From Patescibacteria group bacterium (GTDB taxonomy: Bacteria > Patescibacteriota > Patescibacteriia > 2-12-FULL-60-25), in NCBI GenBank assembly GCA_041658705.1, contig JBAZZT010000004.1, positions 30,758-94,757 on the forward strand: a stretch of 64,000 nt of DNA, written 5' to 3'. Below are positions 41,110 through 48,326 of the stretch, piece after piece (the stretch's first letter is position 1; the number at the start of each line of letters is the position of its first letter). The notes beneath the pieces are model-generated. The model was not told where the DNA came from. It did not search any database and was given only the letters and a program-made list of their open reading frames with translations. Made by a program: the position numbers and the translations under genes.

Positions 41110-42150
41110 ATGCCCGCCAACCCCTTCGAAACCCCTAAAAGTAAAATAGCCCCTGAACCTGTCGAAGGGCTACCTTATACTTCCGGGATTCGTCGGCAGG
41201 ATTTGCCGACCCACGTCAGGCGCTACGCCGATAAACTCGCTGCGCAGATAAAAGAAATCTACGCCAAATACGGAGCCGCTAACTTCGAGCAGTTAAAAGA
41301 GAACAAGAAGCTATCAGCTCAAGACGCACGCAAGGTGGCTGATTTGTTCAAAGCCTTTCAGAAAGCCATCGAGACTAAAGACGTTGAACTAGACCTCGAA
41401 GAAGCCATCGAAATCCTGGACCGCGAGAATGTCCACGGCGTTGAGGACGTCGAAGCCATGCTAGGCGAAGGTTTCGTCGATATCTCCAAAGTCCCACCCA
41501 TCCCATACACTCCTGAAGACCTAGCCAAATCCAAAGAGATCAAAGAGAAGACTGGCGTCGAAGAGATGCTCATCCTCTTCGTCGCTGACAAGGACGGAAC
41601 GCTACTCACGGGAGAACGCATGAACGGACTCATCCAAGCTGAATACACCAAGCTCGGCCTGGGTAAATTCCTGTTCAACACCGACTCATATAAGAACGAG
41701 GACTTCTTCAAGAAGCTGGGCTTTAACTACGAATGGAAGCTCATCTCCAAACAGACCATCCCCGATTCAAAGAACAAGCGCCATCATCACGAACCAGGAG
41801 ACAGCTTCACGCATCAAGACACCCAAGAGTTCGCCATCGAGGAATACGCGAAGAAACTTGATATTCCACGTGACCAATTACATCGTCCAGAGCCGTTCCA
41901 GATGCTCTACGCCACCGCTCTCCATCTGATTGCGACCGAACGCCTCAATGGCCAGGGCAAAGGCGAACGCATCCTCGTAAACGAGTATCACTGGTCTGAT
42001 GTTCTTTCCTCGGATGGGAGCTCTGTGCTCGTCGGCTATGCCGATGCGGACGGCGCGCGCGTGAGCGGGAGCTCCCGTGTCGCTCGGCTTGGTGGTCTGG
42101 GGGTGGGTCTTTCGCGTGAGCCTTTTTCTTCCAAATCCTTGGACACTTGA
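41110..42150 (+). CDS. Paralog C of the variable-protein family, adjacent to the TR-like element
   Basis: 346 aa. Same conserved body as 9832..10875 and 10898..11908, with a divergent C-terminal block. Confidence 0.85.
   Translation: MPANPFETPKSKIAPEPVEGLPYTSGIRRQDLPTHVRRYADKLAAQIKEIYAKYGAANFEQLKENKKLSAQDARKVADLFKAFQKAIETKDVELDLEEAIEILDRENVHGVEDVEAMLGEGFVDISKVPPIPYTPEDLAKSKEIKEKTGVEEMLILFVADKDGTLLTGERMNGLIQAEYTKLGLGKFLFNTDSYKNEDFFKKLGFNYEWKLISKQTIPDSKNKRHHHEPGDSFTHQDTQEFAIEEYAKKLDIPRDQLHRPEPFQMLYATALHLIATERLNGQGKGERILVNEYHWSDVLSSDGSSVLVGYADADGARVSGSSRVARLGGLGVGLSREPFSSKSLDT
42004..42150 (+). other. VR-like hypervariable block 3 (3' end of paralog C)
   Basis: Same length as the TR-like element. 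By hand count, 18 of 26 template adenines are substituted versus 14 of 91 other positions over 39 codons. Confidence 0.65.
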
Positions 42151-42175
42151 TACTTGACCCTTGGACCCTTAATTT

Positions 42176-42203
42176 TTGTTTTCGAATTTTTTTTTGGTAG
42201 AAT
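42176..42203 (+). promoter_or_regulatory. Candidate promoter (TTGTTT, 16-nt spacer, extended -10 TGgTAGAAT) for the TR-containing transcript
   Basis: ttgttt tcgaattttttttt tgg tagaat. Confidence 0.45.
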
Positions 42204-42439
42204 AATCACAGGTCATCCCGCTGCGGTGCGGCGGAATGTGCGGTCGGCAACGGTCGCATGGCTGTTGCACTCCTCGATTAAGGTCGCGGGGTCGCCTGCC
42301 TAATAAAAGAAGCTCACTGCTTGTCCTGTCCTGAAGCGGACTCTGACGGGGTCAGAGAGCGGCCGCTGCGTGATCATACAATGGGAACCGCCGGGATTTG
42401 GTCGAACCCATGCTGCCCAAGATGGGACAGGACAACAGA

Positions 42440-42586
42440 CGCTCCTCGGATGGGAACTTTGTGAACGTCGGCAACGCCGATTCGGACGGGGCGAACGTGA
42501 ACAGGAATTCCCACGACAATCGGAACGACAATCTCGGCGTTTGTCTTTCGCGTGAGTCTTTTTCTTCCAAATTCTTGGACACCTAA
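42440..42586 (+). repeat. Template-repeat (TR)-like copy of the paralogs' C-terminal block, Asn/AAY-rich
   Basis: Conceptual translation RSSDGNFVNVGNADSDGANVNRNSHDNRNDNLGVCLSRESFSSKFLDT. It has 9 Asn codons (AAC/AAT) among the 26 codons from GNF to DNL, exactly where the three VR blocks vary. Homology to the paralogs starts abruptly at cgctcctcgg. Confidence 0.65.
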
Positions 42587-42703
42587 CTCTTGAAGTTTGG
42601 ATTTTAGCATCAGCCTTTTTTCATCCGTCGATTTGGGGCTCATCTTGCATCGGACAAGCCTCGAACTTGACTTTTTTACCACCTTACTCTATTCTATGCG
42701 CAT

Positions 42704-42733
42704 ACTCGTTCCGGTTGGACGAGTTTATTTATT
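42704..42733 (+). terminator. Rho-independent terminator after the TR region
   Basis: actcgt tccggttgg acgagt followed by ttatttatt. Confidence 0.5.
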
Positions 42734-42736
42734 AGG

Positions 42737-42809
42737 CAATTACAAATGCCAAATGCCAAATTACAAATTATCCGTCAATTTGGCATTCGTAATTTGTAAT
42801 TTGTAATTG
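42737..42809. repeat. Word hairpin (ATTACAAAT/GCCAAAT words) ending 5 nt before the nusA ATG
   Basis: caattacaaatgccaaatgccaaattacaaatta .. aatttggcattcgtaatttgtaatttgtaattg. Confidence 0.85.
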
Positions 42810-42814
42810 TATAT

Positions 42815-44182
42815 ATGGCCTCCCCAATTTCCCAAGCTATCCGACAGGTGTGCGACGAAAAGAATTTGTCTTACGAATCCGTGCTTGAGACGGTCGAAGC
42901 GGCATTGGCCGCGGCTTATCGCAAGGACTTCGGCAATAAGAACCAGAACATAAAAGTCCAGTTCGATCCCGAGACGTATGACGGTGCGACGGCCGGCATC
43001 CGGGTTTTCGACGTGAAACAGGTGGTCGAAGACATGGAGCTGCCGCCGGACTATTTCGAGAAGTTCGAAGCCGCGCATGCCATCAAAAAGGATGCGCCGC
43101 GCCCCTCCGACATCATGCGCACCGCTCCTCCGGCACTCGCGCCGGCCGAGGAAGCCGCGCCGGCGGGCGAAGGCGAAAAGGCCGAAGACGAATTCGTCTT
43201 CAACCAAAAGACCATGATCATGTTGTCCGACGCGCGCGACCTCAAACCCGATGCGCAATTGGATGACGAGATCAAAGTGGAGTTGTCCGTGCCCGCGGCG
43301 TTCGGCCGCATGGCGGCGCAGACGGCTAAACAAGTCATCATGCAAAAGCTGCGCGAAGCCGAGCGCAACGTCATCTTCGGCGATTTCAAGGATCGCGAAG
43401 GCGAGCTCATGAACGTGACCATCCAGCGCCGCGAAGGCCGGGTCGTGCTCATCGACTTGGGTCGCGCTACGGGTGTGCTTTTGCCTGAAGATCAAATCGA
43501 AACCGAGCGTTATTTCCCCGGCGTGCGCATCAAAGCCATCCTGCGCGAAGTCACGATGACCAACAAGGGTCCGGAGATCCGTCTGTCGCGTTCGAGTCCC
43601 GGGCTGGTGGCCGCCATCTTCGCCCAAGAGATCCCGGAGATCGCCAACGGCATCGTGGAGATCAAGAACATCGCGCGCGAAGCCGGTTCGCGCACCAAAG
43701 TCGCGGTCACGGCGCATGACGACGCCATCGATCCCATCGGCTCGTGCATCGGACAGCGCGGCACGCGTATCCAGACCATCATCCGCGAACTGGGCGGCGA
43801 GAAAGTCGATGTCATCAACTGGTCGGCGGACGACGCGGAATTCATCACCGCGGCGCTTTCCCCGGCCAAAGCTTTGGATATCCGTTTGGACGCCGGGAGC
43901 CACTTGGCCACGGTCCATGTGCCGGCCGACCAACTCTCGCTGGCCATCGGCAAAGGCGGACAGAACGTGCGTTTGGCCGCCAAGCTTTCCGGTTGGAAAA
44001 TCACCGTCGCCGAAGAAAGCGGCCGCAAAGTCGCCGACTCCGACGTGGGCGAATTTGCAGGCGAAGAGAAACCTGAAAGCGCAGCCGAAGCGGACCAAAA
44101 AGAAGAAGTAACCAAAGTCGAGATCAAGGCGACTGAAGAAACACCTCTCGAATCCGAGAATAAGGAAAAAAAGAATTTATAA
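42815..44182 (+). CDS. nusA: Transcription termination/antitermination factor NusA
   Basis: 455 aa. NusA N-terminal domain, S1 domain (GELMNVTIQRREGRVVLIDLG) and KH domains (GSCIGQRGTRIQTIIRELGGEKVDVI; LAIGKGGQNVRLAAKLSGWKI). Confidence 0.95.
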   Translation: MASPISQAIRQVCDEKNLSYESVLETVEAALAAAYRKDFGNKNQNIKVQFDPETYDGATAGIRVFDVKQVVEDMELPPDYFEKFEAAHAIKKDAPRPSDIMRTAPPALAPAEEAAPAGEGEKAEDEFVFNQKTMIMLSDARDLKPDAQLDDEIKVELSVPAAFGRMAAQTAKQVIMQKLREAERNVIFGDFKDREGELMNVTIQRREGRVVLIDLGRATGVLLPEDQIETERYFPGVRIKAILREVTMTNKGPEIRLSRSSPGLVAAIFAQEIPEIANGIVEIKNIAREAGSRTKVAVTAHDDAIDPIGSCIGQRGTRIQTIIRELGGEKVDVINWSADDAEFITAALSPAKALDIRLDAGSHLATVHVPADQLSLAIGKGGQNVRLAAKLSGWKITVAEESGRKVADSDVGEFAGEEKPESAAEADQKEEVTKVEIKATEETPLESENKEKKNL

Positions 44183-44247
44183 TGATTAATTTCTAATGAC
44201 TAAATTCTGAACTGGCACTAGACATTAGAAATCAGACATTAGTCATT
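44181..44247. repeat. Word hairpin (TTCTAATG words) after nusA
   Basis: aatgattaatttctaatgactaaattctg .. ctagacattagaaatcagacattagtcatt. Confidence 0.75.
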
Positions 44248-44276
44248 CCGGCTACCCTCTACTCTCTACCCTCTAC
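44248..44276 (+). repeat. CT-word leader directly upstream of yidC
   Basis: ccggctaccctctactctctaccctctac, followed by ttt and the ATG. Confidence 0.8.
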
Positions 44277-44279
44277 TTT

Positions 44280-45044
44280 ATGATCGCACTCTTCAACCTC
44301 ATCATCTTCCAGCCACTCTTGAACCTGCTCATCTGGCTTTACCATGTGATCCCGGGCAGCGACTTTGGTTTTGCCATCATCGCGTTGACCATCCTGGTCA
44401 AGCTGGTCCTGTATCCTTTGAGCGCTTCGCAGATAAAGCAGCAACGCGCGCTACAAGAACTGCAGCCCAAGATGGACGAGATCAGGAAGCGTTTGAAAGA
44501 CGATAAAGAAGCGCAAGCTAAGGAGCTCATGGAGCTGTATCGCCGCGAAAAGGTGAATCCCGCGGCGTCGTGTTTGCCGCTTTTGATCCAGCTGCCCATC
44601 TTCATCGGATTGTTCCAGGCGTTGCGCGAAGGTTTGTCTTCGCATTCGCTTAACTTGCTTTATCCTTTCATCGCCAATCCGGGCGTGGTCAACAAGATGT
44701 TTTTGGGTTTCGTGGATTTGAGCCAGCCGAATTACATCCTGGCCATCTTGGGCGGTGCCGTGCAGTTTTGGCAATCCTGGCAGCTTTTCCGCAAGCCCAG
44801 CCCGACCACTCCGCCGCCGGCCGACGTCAAAGGCCAAGCAGGCACCAAGGACGAATCCATGGCCGCCATGATGAACAAGCAGATGATGTACGTCATGCCC
44901 ATCATGACGGTGGTCATCGGTTTCACTTTGCCGGGTGGACTCACGCTGTATCTCTTGGTCATGAGCCTTTTGACCGTGGCCCAGCAAGCGCTGTTCCTGA
45001 AAAAACCCCAGCCGCCAAAGGCAGAAGCGCAGTTGCAGCAATAG
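44280..45044 (+). CDS. yidC: Membrane protein insertase YidC (short Oxa1-type form)
   Basis: 254 aa. FAIIALTILVKLVLYPL, QxKMxxLQPKM-like QELQPKMDEIRKR, and CLPLLIQLPIFIGLFQAL. Confidence 0.9.
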   Translation: MIALFNLIIFQPLLNLLIWLYHVIPGSDFGFAIIALTILVKLVLYPLSASQIKQQRALQELQPKMDEIRKRLKDDKEAQAKELMELYRREKVNPAASCLPLLIQLPIFIGLFQALREGLSSHSLNLLYPFIANPGVVNKMFLGFVDLSQPNYILAILGGAVQFWQSWQLFRKPSPTTPPPADVKGQAGTKDESMAAMMNKQMMYVMPIMTVVIGFTLPGGLTLYLLVMSLLTVAQQALFLKKPQPPKAEAQLQQ

Positions 45045-45053
45045 TATTTATTA

Positions 45054-45105
45054 GTAGGGGCGGGGTTACCCCGCCCTTCGAGGGGCGCGGAAACCGCGCC
45101 CCTAC
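45054..45105. repeat. Two REP-like palindromes after yidC
   Basis: gtaggggcggggttaccccgccc and gaggggcgcggaaaccgcgcccctac. Confidence 0.8.
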
Positions 45106-45154
45106 GTTTCCCAGGTACTTGCTACTTGCTACTTGCTACTGCTACGCTTTCCCC

Positions 45155-45463
45155 ATGTTGGTCAATACTAATAAGCTCAAGAACGTCAAAGTCCGCACCA
45201 AATCGGGCATTTCCTTGGGGCGTTTGGCTAGTTTGGATTTGGACGCCGACAGCGGGCACTTGATTTCGTTGCACGTCCGCACGAGCGGCATGTTGCCGGG
45301 CTTGATGGATGAAGAGGCGTTGGTCGCCTGGTCGCAAGTGCTTTCGATGAGTGAAAAAGAGATCGTGGTGACGGATGCTTTCGTGACCCAAGGCGCGACT
45401 TGGATCAAAAAGCGTTTCGCCGCGCCATCCGCCCAATTCAAGGAGCGGACTGAATCGGCATGA
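45155..45463 (+). CDS. PRC-barrel domain protein (YlmC/YmxH-like)
   Basis: 102 aa. VRTKSGISLGRLASLDLDADSGHLISLHV. The upstream part of ORF 44768..45463 overlaps yidC and repeats, so ATG 45155 is used. Confidence 0.7.
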   Translation: MLVNTNKLKNVKVRTKSGISLGRLASLDLDADSGHLISLHVRTSGMLPGLMDEEALVAWSQVLSMSEKEIVVTDAFVTQGATWIKKRFAAPSAQFKERTESA

Positions 45464-46380
45464 ACGCGGCGTGCGATGCGATCCGGAAGACCTTGTGTTT
45501 CCACCGGGCCTGGCGATATGCTCCGACGCTGCCCGAACTTTTCTCGACTTTGGAAACGACGACGCCGATCAGCGAACAAGATTTTTCAGCGGCTTTGCGC
45601 GGCTTGGAGAATGAAGGGTGGGTCAGACAAGGCAGGGGACGCGTCGGGTTGGCGGAAAACTTCGACGAAATCGTCGCCGAGATTGCGCGGCGCGATGCGC
45701 TGCAAGCGGCCAAACGGCGACGCGCTCGGCGTTTTGCTTTTTGGCTCAAATTTTTAGGCGCGCGGTTCGTCGCTTTATCCAACACCACCGCTTTGGGCAA
45801 TGCGCGGCGCGACGGAGACTTGGATTTTTTCGTGGTGGTGAGGCGAGGCGCGCTTTGGTCGACGCGTTTTTTGAGCGCCGGCCTGTTTCGCTTGCTCGGC
45901 CTCCTGCCCAGTCAAAAGCATGCGCGCGACACGGCTTGCTTGTCGTATTTCGTGACCGACGACGCGCTGGATCTGTCCGCTCACCTGCTGGCGCCGGACG
46001 ATCCGTACTTCCGTCATTGGTTCCTGTCTCTCCTGCCTTTATATGATGACGGCGTGTCGCAGGATTTATGGCGTGCCAATCCCAAGATAACCTCGCGTCA
46101 CGCCATGGCGCGACCTTGGATTGCCCCGCCCGATTTGCGTTTAGCTTTTGGCTACCGTCTACCGTCAGGGCGCATGGCATGCGCCCCTACCCTCTATCGT
46201 CTACTCGAATCTCCCTCCCGCGCTTTTCAATTGCGTTGGTTCCCGCCAGGCATCAAACAACTCATGAACCGCGATACGCGAGTCGTGGTCAATGAGCAGA
46301 CGCTCAAACTCCACGTCAATGATCGGCGCGAAGAGTATCGTCGCGCTTATGAGGCGTTAATCTCCAAAGTCACGCTATGA
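45460..46380 (+). CDS. Hypothetical protein (306 aa) carrying an in-frame REP/CT-word insertion
   Basis: ATGA overlaps with both neighbouring genes indicate an operon. GDLDFFVVV hints at a nucleotidyltransferase-like fold, which is weak evidence. Confidence 0.65.
   Translation: MNAACDAIRKTLCFHRAWRYAPTLPELFSTLETTTPISEQDFSAALRGLENEGWVRQGRGRVGLAENFDEIVAEIARRDALQAAKRRRARRFAFWLKFLGARFVALSNTTALGNARRDGDLDFFVVVRRGALWSTRFLSAGLFRLLGLLPSQKHARDTACLSYFVTDDALDLSAHLLAPDDPYFRHWFLSLLPLYDDGVSQDLWRANPKITSRHAMARPWIAPPDLRLAFGYRLPSGRMACAPTLYRLLESPSRAFQLRWFPPGIKQLMNRDTRVVVNEQTLKLHVNDRREEYRRAYEALISKVTL
46150..46203. repeat. Composite repeat (GGCTACCGTCTACCGTC plus a REP palindrome plus a CT-word) inside a coding region
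   Basis: ggctaccgtctaccgtcagggcgcatggcatgcgcccctaccctctatcgtctac. Read in frame it encodes GYRLPSGRMACAPTLYRLLE. Confidence 0.8.
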
Positions 46381-47657
46381 GCGGCTGGCGCGAAAAATTA
46401 TTCGAGATTTCATGGCGTGCTGCCATCCTAGTTTTGCCTTGGCAGACGCGTTGGTATCGTCCCGCGGAACTCGGCGGCTGGCCGTGGGAGCAGGGGAGTC
46501 TGGTCGTTTATGCAGCCTGGATCCCGATTCTCGCGACCATTCTTTTCGGTTTTACGCCGCGCCGCGATAAACGCTTGGTCTTGCCTGCGATCCTCGCGCT
46601 TCTGCTCATCGCCGCGGGTTTTTCCACCGGCGCGCCCTGGCAGCCGATGCTTGTGTGGTGGGTGCAGATTTTATTGCTCGGATTCTTCGTTTGGACTTTG
46701 TTCGATAAAAAAGTGGCAGTGCGCAAATTACTTTTTTGGTTCGTGACGTCGTTGCTTGCGCCAACGCTTTTGGGTGCATACCAATTCGCGCAACAAAAAG
46801 CTTTTGCCGCTTCGTGGCTCGGTTTGGCCGCGCATGATCCGCGCGAGCTCGGCGTCTCGGTCGTGGAGTGGAGCGAGTTCCGCTTACTGCGCGTCTACGG
46901 CAGCTTTCCGCATCCCAACATCTTCGGCGGTTGGCTCGCGGCCGGGATCCTGGCCGCCGTTCATGCCGCGGGTTCAGCTCAAGATAGATTTCGCGCTTAT
47001 GCCTACGCCTTGGCCGCCGCGGTTTTTTCGGGCGTGCTCATCTTGACCTTCAGTCGCAGCGCCATGCTCGCCGCCGCCTTAAGCCTCGCCGTCTTGGGCA
47101 CAAGATCATTTCTGCACCGCAAGTCAGCGGAAACGAATTTCAGTTTCGTGGTTCTTGCGCTGGTCTGCGCTGTGCTGGGCGCGGGCTTGATCGGAATCAC
47201 GCAACTCGAACCTTTGACCACGCGAGTCAAAGCGCAAGACCGACTTGAGCTCATCTCGCAGGCAGAACGACAATCGAGTCTGGCTGAAGGTTGGGAGATG
47301 TTCAAGCGTCGCCCTGTCTTGGGTACGGGAGCCAATGCTGAACTCTTTTTCATGGCGCAGACCGCGCGCAAAAATTCCCAAGGTAAATTAAATGCGCCGC
47401 TCGAATCCCCGCACGATTTTTTCTTGCTCCTCCTGGTTGATTTTGGTTTCGTGGGCAGTCTCGTCTTTATACTTTTGTCAGTTTTGAGTTTGCGCCAGCT
47501 GACGCCGCGTTTGGAATTTTTTTCTTGGTTACTGCCGCTTGCGTTGTTCGATCATTACGTTTGGTCATATTGGTCCGGGCTGGCGCTTTTGGCCTTGGTT
47601 TTGTTGCTTTTTAGCCGTAGCGCTCCATCCATTGACAAACCCGCCGAAGCCGCCTAG
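46377..47657 (+). CDS. O-antigen ligase (Wzy_C) family membrane protein
   Basis: 426 aa, polytopic, with the characteristic LTFSRSAMLAAALSLAVLG loop region. Confidence 0.8.
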   Translation: MSGWREKLFEISWRAAILVLPWQTRWYRPAELGGWPWEQGSLVVYAAWIPILATILFGFTPRRDKRLVLPAILALLLIAAGFSTGAPWQPMLVWWVQILLLGFFVWTLFDKKVAVRKLLFWFVTSLLAPTLLGAYQFAQQKAFAASWLGLAAHDPRELGVSVVEWSEFRLLRVYGSFPHPNIFGGWLAAGILAAVHAAGSAQDRFRAYAYALAAAVFSGVLILTFSRSAMLAAALSLAVLGTRSFLHRKSAETNFSFVVLALVCAVLGAGLIGITQLEPLTTRVKAQDRLELISQAERQSSLAEGWEMFKRRPVLGTGANAELFFMAQTARKNSQGKLNAPLESPHDFFLLLLVDFGFVGSLVFILLSVLSLRQLTPRLEFFSWLLPLALFDHYVWSYWSGLALLALVLLLFSRSAPSIDKPAEAA

Positions 47658-47690
47658 GGTTTATCCGTACCTTGGAGGAAGCAGGACAAG

Positions 47691-48068
47691 ATGATGTCTG
47701 CCTCGAAAAGTCAGGACGTCGGTGAGATGTTTGAACCCCCCAAGCTCCAGACCAAGGACTTTCCGGTCGTGGTCACGTGGATAGTTCAGCAAGAGGTCGG
47801 GGGCGGGAAGTCGGATGGCTGCAACTTGGTGCATTCGCAAACGGCCCTGAACGAGTTGTTCCTGCGGCTGGCCGAGGAGCGCCAAGTCCACCGTTCGTTG
47901 GTGCGCATCAAGCTGCTGCATCCGGAAGACCTTGTCTCCAAAGCCGCGACCGAACGGGTCTGCGCCTTTGATCCCACGCACAATCCTCCGGGATTCAAGC
48001 ACCAGTCCTTTTGCCACGAGTGCGGCGCGCCGACGACCGTCGTCAAGATCGTCGATCCGTCCGTGTGA
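47691..48068 (+). CDS. Hypothetical protein (125 aa)
   Basis: GGAGGA lies 10 nt upstream. Composition is more protein-like than the overlapping minus-strand ORF 47661..48143, which is Arg-rich. Confidence 0.45.
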   Translation: MMSASKSQDVGEMFEPPKLQTKDFPVVVTWIVQQEVGGGKSDGCNLVHSQTALNELFLRLAEERQVHRSLVRIKLLHPEDLVSKAATERVCAFDPTHNPPGFKHQSFCHECGAPTTVVKIVDPSV

Positions 48069-48130
48069 AGCAAAACCATTCCGCCGCGCGGCTGGCGAGT
48101 CTAAACTCCAAAGCTCCGCGCCTCGTACCG

Positions 48131-48160
48131 ACGGGAATCGCAAGATTCCCGTATTTTAAT
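48131..48160 (+). terminator. Rho-independent terminator
   Basis: acgggaatc gcaa gattcccgt followed by atttta. Confidence 0.55.
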
Positions 48161-48203
48161 ACTTTGCTATCGTCATTTTTTTAAAACTGAAATCCATAGA
48201 GAA

Positions 48204-48289
48204 TGTCATTCTTGAGGCCGTCTGACGGCCGAAGAATCTTCCAATTCCTTAAGGTATAGGAAGATCCTTCGCGTTGCTCAAGGATGACA
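48204..48289. repeat. Diverged TGTCATyCTGAG..GGATGACA inverted-repeat element
   Basis: tgtcattcttgaggccgtctgacggccgaagaatctt .. aagatccttcgcgttgctcaaggatgaca. Confidence 0.7.
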
Positions 48290-48326
48290 TTTGCTTAGAT
48301 ACTGTCCTGGCATCATCGGCACCCGC

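Larger units (their letters stand above)
42210..42733 (+). ncRNA. Putative non-coding transcript carrying the TR-like element (DGR-RNA-like)
   Basis: Bounded by the promoter at 42176..42203 and the terminator at 42704..42733. The 5' part is GC-rich and contains an 11-bp long-range helix, ttgtcctgtcc / ggacaggacaa, closing just before the TR. Only short, implausible ORFs are present. Confidence 0.4.

Noticed and set aside
42210-42440. The structured GC-rich region upstream of the TR as tmRNA, RNase P RNA or SRP RNA.
   Set aside because: By eye I found no GGAAAGUCCGG (RNase P), no tRNA-like acceptor/T-arm with a tag ORF (tmRNA) and no GGAA/AGCA domain-IV motif (SRP). It is left as an unclassified part of the TR transcript.
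42398-42586. 62-aa ORF (MVEPMLPKMGQDNRRSSDGNFVNVGNADSDG...) as a real small protein or a truncated fourth paralog.
   Set aside because: Homology to the paralogs starts only at 42440. The ORF uses a non-ATG start with no RBS. Its extreme Asn/AAY bias at exactly the variable positions fits a non-coding template repeat better than a protein.
47661-48143. Minus-strand 160-aa ORF overlapping 47691..48068(+).
   Set aside because: It is Arg/Leu/Gly-rich and shadow-like, with no RBS. The plus-strand ORF has GGAGGA upstream and a downstream terminator. Both calls remain uncertain.
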